The notes: generated by a model not told the origin, from the letters alone. Shown: positions 49,043-62,573, numbered from the whole stretch's first letter. The stretch is DNA of 63,625 nt, filler included, from Reticulomyxa filosa (GCA_000512085.1; 15 parts of 15 records of this genome joined end to end with filler, not necessarily neighbours in it); one strand, 5' to 3'. Numbers and translations are program-made.

Positions 49043-52000
49043 ATGTTAAAAAAGTCTCAAGTGCATCACCAAACCACAATAATACGACGAACCAGTTCCA
49101 AGTCTGAGGGCAACACAGGGCAAATGGAAGATTATGATGATAAGATGAACTACGTGGACGGGGAGGATGACCAAGACGAAGTCAAACTCGCATGCAGTGT
49201 ATTTCACGCAAAGCATGGTTTCGATTCGTCTCCCTCTATCGTCGCGGAGGAGCAACGGCTAGCCCCTTTTTTGGCCGAGTATAATTCACTTTTGTGTTCA
49301 CTGCTGAACCCGCATCAAGTTTGGTCTATCAAATGTGTTGCGAGGCCTACTTTCGCGTTGTTTCGTCGTCGTCTCGACATGCTCAGTCGCAGCGTGACGA
49401 TGGACAAGTTCGTCGATTAGAAGCTGCAAATCGGGCATCTGCAGTGCAACATCTTGGTGCACATGAAGCAGGTACGATTGTGTCTCGGCAACAGGAATGC
49501 GTAGAAGAACTTATCCACGCAGACATGCGCAACTGCAACATGACATATGCAGTGTGAATCAATGTCGATTGGAAGGCTATATACACTGCATTCAGGTCGA
49601 AAGTCTCAACTATCGAGACATGAGCTAGTAGAGTAACATTGCAGGCATGCCAATGTCCATTCGCATCTATCACTTTGGCAGGGTCTGGATTTGGCGAAAC
49701 GTCCACCAACTTCCAATTGGATGATGTCAGTGTTTTGTTCCGACATCGTTTGGTCTTCTTGTTGAGCTATCCGATCAACTCACAAATTCCGATGTTTTTT
49801 TTTTTTTTCGTTTTTCGTTTTTGTGATGAATATTTTACATTTGATTTTTGAAACTCAAAGAAAATTAACAGGAAGTTTGATATATTCAAATGTTGCTTTT
49901 TTGTTTTTTTTAAGGAAAAGAATTTGTTATGAATGTTATGTTTTTGTATTCAAACTGAAAAATGAAAAAACACGTTTGAAAAAGTGTGCATATGAAAACG
50001 ATGTCAATTATAGATCACTGTTTGTTTGATTGTTTGATACTTTTTTTTAAAAAAAAGACGACAATGAGTGGTGCCTTGTGCGGATATGTGATATCGATTC
50101 AATGCTGAGTGTATTATGTTCCAACGTCGAAAGCTAATCGTTGTATTGGAATCGAATAGGTAAACAAAAGTTGCAATTGAGTATAGACGGCGGATAGCAC
50201 TTGTCGGAGTTATCGACATTGAATTCACAACTTTTTAGACTAGTTTTTCCAAAAAAGACTGAACTAATGCCAAGGAAAGCATTAGTAGTAGAGCGGCATT
50301 TGCGGCATTAGAAGCTGCAATGGTGGTGGAGACAACGATTTTTTGTCATAGGTCAAATCCGAGCAAATGACAACTGTGGATATTGTCAAAACGGTAAGTG
50401 CAAGCGAACAAAGAGTGCATGTGGGAGTGAGGGACTTTGGTCGTGCAAGTCAAAAAGAAATTGGACCCGACTATCTGTGAGATAACTTTGCTTCCATAGT
50501 ATTTGCATTCACAACTGTCTCAACTCTCGAATTGCCCTCAAAATCGCATATCCAGAACAAGGATCGTATTATCCGATCGATTGGAGTCTGATGCAAGAAT
50601 ATTATATTCAAATATAGCTAATCAAGTGAATTTCTTTATGGTTTGGAGATGCGAAACTCGCTGGTCGCTGACCATTTGTGGTAGCTCTCAATGCGAAGCA
50701 TATTGAATATGTTGAACTTTATTTTATCTTAGGAAAAGAAAAGGAAAATGAGAAGGGACTTTGGAATAGATGTAATACGATACATTTGTATAAATCAGTT
50801 TGTCATTTACCATAAATACAAGTGATAGTGGTAGATCCGCCCATTCAATTCGGTCAAAGTGACAACACATTTAAGTGACGACTGCCCGCGTGGCTGCTAA
50901 CGACTTTTGTCTAGCCCCATTTTGTTGTGTCCAGCATATCGTTCCATTCGAAGTGACACTACCGTCAACGTGTTGATGCTCAACCATCTGCTGTACAAGC
51001 AAAAAAAATGCATTGAAATGTGGGCTGATAGAAAGAAAGGGGCCGATTGCCTAGAAAAGGAATTGTCATTACAGTTGTTAACAAAGGGTAGCAGTACCAA
51101 TGCCAATAGCAACAACGACAACAATAGCAACAATAATAATAGCAAAGACAATATAATGGACGTACTCAATGTCGAAATGCATCATATGTTCGAGAAAATA
51201 GATTTTTGATTCGTCTCAAAGAATGTCTATCGTATTTGATCATCACAATCTGAAAAGTAAAATGGACTATCGAGTTGTGTTATGAGTCGAAAACCGACCG
51301 TCATGAGTTTGAAACTGACATTTTTTCGCGGAGATTGTGTGTCATTTGACTGAACATCTTGTGATACCAATGAACAAAATTATTGCACAACTTCTTGGCT
51401 CGTTGCAACATTGGGTTGCAGGCCCATCCAAAGCAATGCTGTTGCCATCAGTTGATATCTCCAATATATAAAGGTAGGACTTTCATTGTTGAGTTTGGAA
51501 ACATATGTTCGCAAATGCTGGGACAGTAAATCCATGATTGCTTACTGGAACGTTTCCATGGCATCTGGGGAGGGTACATGGAGCATGATGGAGATAATCC
51601 TTTGACCAATGCAAACAGCACATGTGAAAATTCGGCTGGAACACAAACATATATGCATATACTTATATACATACATAACAGTGGCAATTAGAGTTTGAGA
51701 TTGCAAGATAAGCAAAGCGGCCTGGAGTGAATGTTTGTCGAGACTGTCTTGACATAGCATATCTTTGAAGAAGATGAAGATATGTTCCAAGGCCAGTCGA
51801 AAGTTGCTCAAAGTGGGATGTGTGATAAGAGCATGTATATCAGCATCGCTGACCTAGTAGAAGATGGAACCCTGTCCAATGTATGTTTTTGACATCCGTG
51901 GCGAAGGTGTTTTGGTGGAACAAGAAGTAAAGGCATTTCAATGTGAGTTCATGTTCATGATGATGTAGACCGCCCGTTCGTTATTGCACATGCTGGTGAG

Positions 52001-52600
52001 ATAGTCTCAAATCAAGACTTGAACTTGTGACCAAAGTCGCTCACGGCAATCACAACGTCACAATTCACATTATCTTGATTTGAAGCATTTGCGACAATTG
52101 GTTTACGAGCGTTAGCATTCTGCTTACTCGACCAATTCAATCTCTTTTTTATCTTCTGCTGGTCTTCTTGACTAGTCTTACTGAATTGCAACAGCCTCGC
52201 ATACAGACAAATGATCAGTCTGGTTATAGCTGTTCGCAGCGACACCTTTTGATCTGGACGTGATTGTAGTAACCTTGGAGTAGATATACCACTTGACCAA
52301 TGGCAGCAACGTATCTACAAATTGGTCATCGCCTCGCGATACCATTGAAAGGCACTCAGCATTATGTGTATGCATACTTAGATACAACTCCTGTTCTATA
52401 CCTTCTTCGTGAGACGTCTACCTAAAAGAATAACAACATTGGACACAGATTGTAACTCGTCACAAAGCTGTCATCCATTTCGTCTCTAATGGGGCAGCGT
52501 CTGTGTACTCGCTCCCGCGCTTGTCCATACATTACAATATGAACTTTCACATTACCAAGTCTTTTACTTGGATCTCACCAGCAACTATCAACACATATTT
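49043..52600 (+). pseudogene. Long degenerate coding-like region, family not recognised
   Basis: GC-richer blocks with short broken ORFs, a poly-Asn codon tract and intron-like T-rich gaps. Confidence 0.35.
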
Positions 52601-52659
52601 AATCAGTTCGATTTGGTGTACACATTTGCAGAAAAATGATAAAGTAAGACAAAAGCAAA

Positions 52660-53265
52660 CATTAGAAATGACGTCTTTGCATTTCTTAGCCAAATTAGGA
52701 AGTGATGATAAAGGAATACCTTGGATTTTGTAATACATTTTATGAATATTTTGAAAATAAAAGGGAGGAACTACGACATCAATCAACTGGTTTGCTTTGT
52801 CCATCATTTTTTATGGTTTCCGGAACTATCAATTAATCCATACAAAAACATACAATGTTTGTTTGCTGTTTCAAAAATGGCGCACAAAGATAACAAGAGA
52901 TTGAAACATACCCTAGTACTCTGAGGTCCCACCAAACATCTGAAAACAAATAACAAACAAGGTATAGAATAATTCTGAAAAAGATCAAAACCGATCAAGA
53001 GAACAGAAAAGATAATGTCAAAGTGAAAACAAACAGTTGCTTTTTTTCCATTGGTCAATTCCTTGAACAAGCCGAAATCGGTCAAATACGCATAACTAGA
53101 TTGATCCAATAAAATATTTTCTGGTTTTAAGTCTATGTAGATAATGTCAAAGGAGTGTAAATGTCACAAAGATATATCAATCTAGGCAACTAAGAACTAG
53201 ATATCCACACATCTGTAGTAGTTCAAAACAAAGTACAACTTCACATCTGTTTGAAAGGCCATGAT
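52660..53265 (-). pseudogene. AGC-group protein kinase (PKB/SGK/S6K-like) pseudogene
   Basis: Motifs [48 protein letters not shown] and PPFYFQNIHKMYYKI. Deletions and stops present. Confidence 0.85.
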
Positions 53266-54012
53266 TTGAGCATATAGCAACAACATTATCATTCTCAATG
53301 ATGAATATGACAAAATACGTTGTATTTTTTTTCATTTTTCAAAGAAAAAGCAAAAAATAATCTTTACTAAAAAAACAAAGAAAAAAATTTACATAAATTG
53401 CTGATTTGTTATAAAGTTTAATCTTTATCTATTTACTATAAAAGTATTTTTTGAAACTCTTTTATATTTCTGAATAAAATATTTTTTTTTTTTTTTTTTT
53501 TCCGATCTTGCAAAAAACCAAGTGTGGAAGTGACAGTGTTGGACTCTAAACTTTGTCTTAACACTTTACACTAAAGTCGGCACACTTTGCTTAAATAACA
53601 AGTTAAAGTACCCAATCCAAAAGGACATAGCACTCAAGAAAACAAAACCACAGTCTTTTACTTATCTTTTCGATTTGTAAAGGTTTTTTGGTAGTGAAAA
53701 TTGTAGTTGGTTTTNNNNNNNNNNNNNNNNNNNNNNNNNNNNNNNNNNNNNNNNNNNNTTAATTAATTAANNNNNNNNNNNNNNNNNNNNNNNNNNNNNN
53801 NNNNNNNNNNNNNNAAACGTTTTGATTGTTACAAAAAAATTATTAAAGATGAATAATTTAACAAAAAAGCGAAAGTGTCACCACAACTACAATTTTATTT
53901 CTTGAAAAACCATGAAAAAAACAAATAAATAGAACAGACAACGGGTTTACTTTGCTTTGGGATGTTTTTTAAAAATTGACGCGAAAAATAAACAACGAAG
54001 AACTTTTTAAAA

Positions 54013-54382
54013 ATGTCATTATCTTCCTCGAAAGAAAAGGAAACAACAGTGACAACAACAACAACAACACCAGCGACACCAATAACAGATGCAGAACGAG
54101 ACATATTATCTGGATTAGAGCCAGCGCAGAAGCTGTTTCACTTTGCAAGGAGGGGAAATGTAGCAGGTTGTCGTGATGTGTTGAGGCTGAACCCGACATT
54201 GGTGAATGAAACTGACGAAGGTGGTGACAATGGAGTTTACAAGACTCGAAACACTGCCTTGCACTTTGCCTGTCAGTATGGTCACTTAAACGTAGTCGAA
54301 CTATTGCATAGTATGCAAGCAAACATCGAATCTCGCAATAAGTTTGCTTCTCACTAAACTTTTTTTTTTTTTTTTTTGAAGT

Positions 54383-54413
<31 letters not shown>

Positions 54414-55134
54414 AATTTTCGATACGGAACAGCACAAAAACAAAAATGAGAAAAGATTGAGCTCAACACCGTTGCACATTGCAGCTGCCCATGGACATGA
54501 AGCAATAGTCCGGTTTTTAATAAAAAAGGAGGCCAGTATTAACGCTAAAAATGTGATCGAAAACACGCCGTTGCATTGTGCCATTTATGCTGGACACATT
54601 GGGTGTGCAGAGGCATTGCTAGAAAAAGTCGAAAATGTCAGAGAAACACTTTTGCAGACACCTAATGGGTATCATCTTGCACTTTTGCTTTTTCCCATCT
54701 CTCTTGATCTCTTCTCTTTCCTCTCTTAAAACTTTGTCAGTGGAGAAAGAGTGTGAAAGCCTTCGAAATAACAATTTTTTTAAAAAAAAAAAGTTCCTCT
54801 TATTTTGTCAATCTTTTTTATCTGTCCATTTTTTTTTTAGGCGACTTGCCTTAATGAGACTGTTAGTTTAAGAATAATACAAAAAAGAGGTGATATACAA
54901 ATATATACATATATGCTATTAAATATATAAAATAGGGTGGGTATAAGTCCTGCAAAATATGCATGGAATGGCCCCATGAAAGAATTTCTAAAGCGTATAA
55001 TTGAAACGTCTATTTCTAATGAGGAAAGCACTAAGACAAATGGTAACGGTAATGATAGTAATCATATAACAAGTGGTCAGACTGGATCATGTTTGGAAAA
55101 TACACTCTCACAAGAGCATAAAACAGATCCATAA
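54013..55134 (+). CDS. Ankyrin-repeat protein, 3 exons
   Basis: Motifs NTALHFACQYGHLNVVELL, STPLHIAAAHGHEAIVRFL and NTPLHCAIYAGHIGCAEALL, with GT-AG introns. Confidence 0.9.
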
Positions 55135-57181
55135 AAAAAAGATTCATCTGCAAGGTGGAATGGAAAGAAAATGTGCCATTCCAGTTGATAAAAAAAAAAA
55201 GTAAGGAGGAAGTATTTATTCATTTTATTCGATTTTGTTATTTGTTTAAGGCCGTTTAATTGGCACTGTTGACGTTGTAGCATTGCAATGTTTGTGTTTG
55301 AGTTGTGCAAATTGTTGCTTACATGGAAATGGAAAAGGGCTCCTTCGAAAAAAAAGGAATTGTTTTCTTTACACGAACGTTACTAAAAGAAAAAAGCCAA
55401 CAATTCAATAGCTAGAACCTGGAGAAAATTTTGCAGCATATGTTCAATGAAGGTGTTCTTCAAATGCAATACCCCAACTGCGTTACCGCACAAAAACTTC
55501 ATATTTCGAAACAATTCGTTAAGATCACCGATCCATGTCAGTCTTTTTAGTATAAAATTACGTGTAAATAAGAAGACTTACCGCTACTGATATTGTAACT
55601 TCTTGTTGTGCTCATTCCTTAACCATTATTTGCACGAGAAATTGATCAATCAAAAATAAAACTTTGGCTCTTTCAAACGACAATTCAACTAATTTAACAT
55701 CAGTTTGAAAACCTAAATTAAAAAAGTTTCATTTCCAGCTGAAATTATTTATATAAACAAAGAAAAAGAAAAGCACCAAGTTAGCTTTACAAGGCCGAGT
55801 ATCTTGGGGAGGGCGAGATATCACTATCCATGTTTTCGGGAAAGTAGGGTGGTTGCTTCTCGACCGTGGCTCAGACCATGTATTACTTTCTTGCAACTTT
55901 TCTTGAAAATATATTATGTCCTCCTTTGGTGTGGTAGCACAAAAGCTTTATCAGCATTTTTTGGGTGGTTTTTCAGAAATTTCGTAGCTTCTTTGAACGT
56001 GTAGGTCACTCCAATCTACAAAACCTAGTGTAGCAGATTTCATTCGTGTTTTCTTTCCATCAAACCAAAATCAGATGGTCTAACTTAAGGAACATTGCAA
56101 GAAGTATGACTATGCAACAAACTACTACAATCGCAATAAGAAATGTTTTGTACAGAACGTAATTGACAGTAAAAGAAACCTCATCTAAAGCAATGCCACT
56201 TTTTTGTTAGCTTTTCAAAGCTTCTGTTGACAGACTTCCTGGATAAATTTTGCAGCAATTGCTAAACAAAAAAAAAGCGTTTTTGCTTATTTGTTCAAAG
56301 GAAGACGTGAGGGCATGACACACAAAAATTGCTTTAACACAAGAAACAAAGACTAGCGGCGAACGAAATGAATAACTTTTATATGTGGAATGCTGGTTCA
56401 ATGATATACTTAATTATGATGTTTCCACAATTGATTAGATGATACTTATTTTAGAAATTGCATGATGCGACTTTATGCAGAAATGAGCTCTATTTTACAA
56501 TACACAACTACAGAATATAAGGGGCAAAGACTTAAAAGAATTGCTAAATGCCAAACTAAAGAAACTCTAGTCTGACACTTTGCATTCATCGATTGAGATT
56601 GAATCATTTTTTTTATGTATTGATTTACGAAATACTAAGAGAATTATCTGTTATGCTCATTTCCAAAAACATTGTTATGTTTATCCGCAGTTTTTTTAAA
56701 TATCTCTTTAAGCCATTTTTGATTCAAGAAATATTGTGAATTTAATTGATTCTTTCTGTTTGAATTATATGTCTCACTTATATAAATTGGAGTGTACACC
56801 CAGTTTTACATACAATGCACTGGAAAAACGATTATCGTTGTCTCTGCAACGGGGAGAACTAAAAAAAGGGAGCAAGTGGAACACAAAAGGATTGCAAGTC
56901 TTCTTGTTTCCTTGCAACTAAAAAATTTGGAAGAGAAAGTGTTCAGTTTTACCAACACTAACATAAATGATAATGATAAGACAAGAAATGCAGCATTCCA
57001 TTTTAAGATCACTGATAACTAAGGCCAAAATATTGTCAACGGTCAAAAATTAAAAACTGCATTTGAGGCTGCGCCTGTTTGTTTTTTGTTCATTTCTTCA
57101 CAGTTGCATTTCTCTTTATTTTATTTTAATTCAAAGCAAAATACACAGAAAAAAGTGATTGATAAAATAAATGCGCAGAAG

Positions 57182-58770
57182 ATGAAAAAAAAGAGAAACA
57201 GAAAAATGTATCAAAATAATGGATCAATTGGTATTATTAGCAGGAGCTGCAAGATATAAAAACTTAGCTTATTTGCCTGGAGTAAAAAAAAGATTTAGTG
57301 ATGCTTCGAAATTTATTTGAAGAAATGTATGGATACACGTGTATTGTACGTATGACCCAAATAAACCAGAAACACAATCATTGATTAACTCAATTTAATC
57401 TTTTTTTAATGAAACATTATACTGACTTAGTCGAAACAAACATGAATAACAATGGTAATAACAGGTATTATGATTCGTTCATATTTGTATGGTATGATCA
57501 CGGTAACACGGCATCAGAAAAAGAGATATATTAATCACATCAGATGACGATAAATACAAATCGTTCAAAAAAATTCAGGAATTATTTGCACATGATACAG
57601 ACGTGCTTTTGAATATTCCAAAAATATTTATTTGGAATACATGGTGGAAATGAACAATCTCATCAACGTAAAAGAGGAAATCAACAATGGTATAATAATG
57701 AATCATATTTTTGTCATATTTTCAACAACTCCTGGAAAATTGATCTTTGATTCAATGGATTTTTATAAAGGAAGTCATTTTACAGAATGCTTTTGTAATG
57801 TCATATCCCAAAATATTATATTTATCAAACCTTTGAAAGATAATTTAAGACTGATCAGTAAATCGATTAAACAAAAGGCATTGATCAGACAAATTATTCA
57901 AACTACTACAACTTGTGATCGACATGTTTTGCTTTATAATAATTGTTATTATCATTTGTTATATGCAAATGTTGAGATCGACCAAAATTATCTATGGATC
58001 ATGGATCCAAGCAAATAAAAAAGCATGAAATAGTCAAAGAAATGATCAATGAAAAACAACAAGGAATTGCTGTTGTTTCAACTATATTGATCAATTGGCA
58101 AAGGTCAATGATAAATGGTCTTGGCAAGTACCCTCATTTACAATGATAAACTCAATTCAATATATGAAAAAGAAATTAATCATTGTACCATATTCTGTTT
58201 GCTCATTCCATTCAAAAAATATTACATTTGATAACATTACAATTAATGGTTGTGTTTACGTTATTGGTTGTACTATCGATGGAATTGGGAAGTGTCATAT
58301 TACTCAACAACTTATTCATACTGATAAATCTGTTGTCCATTATCATTTCAAATCTCCTGATGTTGCTGCTATATATAACAATTTGGGACTTGTGCATGAC
58401 AGCAAAGGAGAATATGATAAAGCACTTGAATGTTATCAAAAAGATCTTGAAATTATTTTGAGCAAATTTGGTTTAGATCATCCTGGAGTAGCTACTTTAT
58501 GTAACAATATAAAATATACTTATTATAACAAACAAGAATACGACAAGACAATGAAATTTGCAAAGGAAGCTTTGAATTGGGGAATGAAGAAATTAGATTT
58601 TACTCATCCATATATTGGTGATTCATGTATTCTTTTAGGAAATATCTATCGGAAAAATGAGAAAAAATGAATGCAAAAAAGTGTTACGAAAATGCATTGT
58701 CAATTTTTATACAAAAATTGGTAAATATCATAATACACAAAACGTAATGTTAGAATTGAAAAAATTGTAA
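57182..58770 (+). pseudogene. Caspase-like (peptidase C14 fold) + central domain + TPR gene, pseudogenised
   Basis: Across frameshifts: LVLLAGAARY..LPGVKKD..LRNLF, YDSFIFVWYDHG, LITSD, IPKIFI, IFVIFSTTPGK, GSHFTECFC, then TPRs (VAAIYNNLGLVHDSKGEYDKALECY). Confidence 0.75.
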
Positions 58771-58977
58771 GAATGTTTAAATTTCAATTTAAGTAAAATC
58801 TATTTTGGAGCCAAACTGATCTCAAAAAACAGATTAAATGTGCAATTATTTCAAAAATGTATTGCTTTTGTTTTTTTNNNNNNNNNNNNNNNNNNNNNNN
58901 NNNNNNNNNNNNNNNNNNNNNTTAATTAATTAANNNNNNNNNNNNNNNNNNNNNNNNNNNNNNNNNNNNNNNNNNNN

Positions 58978-59273
58978 GAACTCTCCTTGAGATATTGAAG
59001 GATCTCTTTATCAGATTCCATTTTCTGAATTAATGATCGTTCATGTCTTGATTCAGGAGATGATGTTGTTTTTGATAATGCACCCTGTTGTCCCTGTAGT
59101 TTTTTCATGTATTGAGTCATTTGATGTTGTTCGTCCAATGACGCTTGATATGCTTTGGATTGACGAAGTCGTCTAATGATAACACAAGGAATAATGCTCC
59201 AGATTGGCCTCTTATTTGTTGCTCCTTGTCTAAGGCCAGTTCTTCTGAGGGTTGCAATCATCATTGTTGTCAT
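58978..59273 (-). CDS. 5' fragment of a hypothetical gene
   Basis: ORF MTTMMIATLRRTGL... running into the contig end, with a paralogous start at 60743. Confidence 0.55.
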
Positions 59274-60742
59274 TTTTTTTATTAATTTCTATACTTGAAC
59301 TTTGCGAACCTTTAATTAAAAAAAAGATAACGATGGATTTCAAATTTGAATGCTTCAGTGATGTTTGTTGATGTTGATTAAGATTATTTGTAAAATCCTT
59401 TTTTTGATGTTGATTTGTAACAAATGAGCATTTTTGAAGAAATTTGATAATGTTTTTTGGAATAAACTGCGACCAACATCATTGACCAAAAACAAAAGTT
59501 TGAAAAAAGAAATTTAATTCTAATTTCTGACATAATGGCAATTGATTGTTTTGTAACAAATACATGCTTGAAGACGACAAGTTTAACAAAAAAAAAGTGA
59601 AGAGATTCAGCGTTCAAAATTTATTTTGAAAATTGCGAATTGATGTCATCCTCGTTTAGAAGTACATTTCTTTCTTTTGTGTTCAACAAACGACTTTTTA
59701 CGTTGAAATTCAAATCTATGAATGTGCGCAATAACAAATTGGTAACACAAAAACAGTGATTGTTTTGAGAATACATTGAAAAACGCTGAGTTATGATAAA
59801 GTGTACGTCTATTATTTTGTTTGGTTCTCATAAAACAGAACATGACCATTGTTAAGAAGTTTTATCTTTCTCAATTCAATTCCATTTATCAACAATTACT
59901 TAAATTTATAAATAATTGTCATTACGGTTAATCCCTTTGTCAATATCCAATTTGCTTTTCATAAGAGCTAAACCATGTTTTATTTTGGAGTAAGAACTTG
60001 TGTTGTAATTTCAACTCTTTTATGTGAAACATGGCAAATATTTCATGTTTGAATGAGACTATTTTAGTTTTCAATTAATCTCTCAAGTTTTTCAGCTTTT
60101 CATGTGCTTTGAAAATACAACTCTAAAAAATATTTACTCATTACTTTTTGTTCTTTGTCAATAACAGTTCATTAATAGTGGTATTTTCTAACATATATAC
60201 GACATTTGATTATGTCTTTGTTGTAAGAGATATGTTAAATGAATTGTCCCTGTTATAGACTGCAATGATAAAACACTTTTTAGAATTTTCTTCATTGAAA
60301 AAAAAAAACATGGACAAATGATCCACTTGTCTTGCTTTGATTGTACATAAGTAAAAAGATGTTCTCATTTTTTTCTTCCTCAATCATAAAAAAAAAAACA
60401 GTAATCTGTTATATTTTGCGATCTTGGATTTCAACGCAAAATATCAGTTACCTTAAATTTTTTCAAACACAGAAGAAAGAAAATAGCTTTCCATCGTTTT
60501 CTTTCTTGAACATATTTTTCTTTGAGTTGTATTTTTGTCAACTATTGAGATCAAAAGAAAATAATCTCAAACTTTCTTCTAAAAACATTACTCATCAATC
60601 ATTGTCAAATAATTCATATATTTGCAAAAATTTAAAATATCTTTGAAAGCAAATTCTTTCTACAAGTAACCTTTAAAAGTGAGTTCAAAAAAACCCAAAG
60701 TTCAAGTTTTGAATTGATAATAAAAAAAATCAAATAACAGCA

Positions 60743-60817
60743 ATGATGATTACAACTTTCAGAAGAGCCGGACTTACATGTAGAACAATGGACAAGCTGC
60801 CAAGCTGGGCCCTTGTT
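60743..60817 (+). CDS. 5' fragment of an inverted paralog of the 58978-59273 gene
   Basis: MMITTFRRAGLTCRTMDKLPSWALV vs MMIATLRRTGLRQGATNKRPIWSII, plus a shared upstream CAAAGTTCAAGT...TAATAAAAAAAAT. Confidence 0.55.
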
Positions 60818-60917
60818 NNNNNNNNNNNNNNNNNNNNNNNNNNNNNNNNNNNNNNNNNNNNTTAATTAATTAANNNNNNNNNNNNNNNNNNNNNNNNNNN
60901 NNNNNNNNNNNNNNNNN

Positions 60918-61208
60918 TTGTGCATTTCTGCGGCTATCATCATCTGAAGAATGATCCTTTTTATGGTGTTCGGCCAATGACACAGCCACTGATCCACCCT
61001 TATTTGTGGGTGAATTCACTATTTCCTTTTCTGTTGAGATTTCAGTGCTCAATAGTCGCGTGTCCAATTTTTGTTGTTGTCGAAGCTCTTCTTTCTTCTG
61101 ACCAAGCTCTTTACTTCGTTCCATGCTAAGTTTTTTGATTTCACGATCTAATTCCTCTTTACTTTGTAACTGTGCATCCTGAGAAATCAATGTTTGTTCC
61201 GTTGACAT
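60918..61208 (-). CDS. 5' fragment of a hypothetical coiled-coil protein
   Basis: Open frame MSTEQTLISQDAQ... running to the contig end. Confidence 0.5.
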
Positions 61209-61949
61209 GGTTTCAGGTTTTAAAATTGTCGCTAAAAAATTGTACCAGTTTTTTGTCCCTTAGGTCGTCCTCAACTGTACAAAGTCATTTGTGGAACGAA
61301 AAATCGTTAGTTAAATTTGTTATGATTATTGTACTGCTTAAGCATTGGATTATGAATTAAATTAATTGTTGTGTAAATTTTTTTTGGAAGACAATAAAGT
61401 GGAAGATCTTTACAAAATTAATTTAAACAACATTTCTATGTTTCTGTTGAAGAGTGTCAGAAAAAAATTCATTAGAATTTGAATTTTTTCACGAAATTGA
61501 GAATTGAAAAATATAATTTAAATCTTATCAGTACAGTTTATATTCTTTAATAAAAAATATTATAAAAAGTGTTATACATGTGACATAATCCAGAGTATAA
61601 ATAAAAATTCAAAGTTGATTTTATTTTGTAAAAATATATCCAATTGCTGCTAAGTCAATACATTCGATTACGATCATTTTTGTTTTTTTTCTTATATCAC
61701 TATTGACATCCAAATAAAAGATTCACCATTTATACCATTTTCATTTTACATGCATAACACTTCTTTTTTTTGAAAAAATTATTTTGATTTTTTTACGTCA
61801 GAATAATGAAAATCTGAAATTATTCATTGAAGTTGTTTGTTCTACAAAATATAGATAACAATTTTTCAATAAAAACATTTTGTAAAGTAAATTTTTTGAA
61901 AATCTTTTTTTGTTGTGTCATAACAAACAAGACAGTAAAACTGTTTGCA

Positions 61950-62365
61950 ATATCAATCAGTAAATGCCAATAACGCATTTTGTAGCTTTACTTCACTTTG
62001 GTGATTTATTGTTGGCTGAAAAAGACTTTATTATAACGCTTTCATTTACACATGATTTTTGAGAAAAGATATGATGTTGTGTCAAATTATATCAACTATT
62101 GCCTGCATGCCATTCACAGATCTTGGTAGATTTGTCCTAGCCATTAAAAAAATTCAGAAATATTAACTTTTAGTGTAGATTGTTTGGAAGTACCAAATGA
62201 TCAATTATGGTTAATATAGCATGGAGGACATGCAGATGAAACAGAAGATATAAAGAATGGTGAAGTACTTCTGCAATAAATCATTTGTTATTTATCACTT
62301 ATAGGCCAAAGAATGTTAGTTTGTTTGATTTAAATATATTTTAATGTATTAAGCATGATATTTTA
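61950..62365 (+). pseudogene. Kelch-like beta-propeller pseudogene fragment
   Basis: INHLLFITYRPKNVSLFDLNIF at ~62276-62342 resembles my recollection of a foraminiferan Kelch-like family; the rest is degenerate. Confidence 0.35.
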
Positions 62366-62465
62366 NNNNNNNNNNNNNNNNNNNNNNNNNNNNNNNNNNN
62401 NNNNNNNNNTTAATTAATTAANNNNNNNNNNNNNNNNNNNNNNNNNNNNNNNNNNNNNNNNNNNN

Positions 62466-62508
62466 CGCCCGTCACCAGCGCGACCTTGCCTTGCAGGGGT
62501 AATGACAT
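62466..62508 (-). CDS. Bacterial short-chain dehydrogenase/reductase, 5' end
   Basis: MSLPLQGKVALVTG, with a GGAG Shine-Dalgarno upstream. Confidence 0.85.
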
Positions 62509-62513
62509 GCCTT

Positions 62514-62547
62514 CTCCGCCCAGGGTCCGGCCGGGACCCTAGCGGAG
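62514..62547 (-). promoter_or_regulatory. GC-rich hairpin overlapping the SDR ribosome-binding site
   Basis: Minus strand CTCCGCTAGGGTCC-CGGCC-GGACCCTGGGCGGAG, then AAGGC-ATG. Confidence 0.5.
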
Positions 62548-62573
62548 ATCGATCGCGAACTTAAGCGCAGCCG

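Noticed and set aside
39324-52600. Stop-codon reassignment as an explanation for in-frame stops
   Set aside because: Intact conserved genes (eIF4A-III, CK2 beta, PARG) read through with the standard code, and the broken regions also contain frameshifts.
55800-55900. AGGGCGAG..TATCCAT similarity to U1 stem II
   Set aside because: No ACTTAC 5' end, no ATTGCAC loop and no Sm site. The minus strand looks like a coding remnant.
19062-62465. Regularly recurring palindrome TTAATTAATTAA between N runs (array-like)
   Set aside because: It is an artificial six-frame-stop contig linker. ORFs ending in X...LIN are artefacts, and cross-linker gene neighbourhoods are meaningless.
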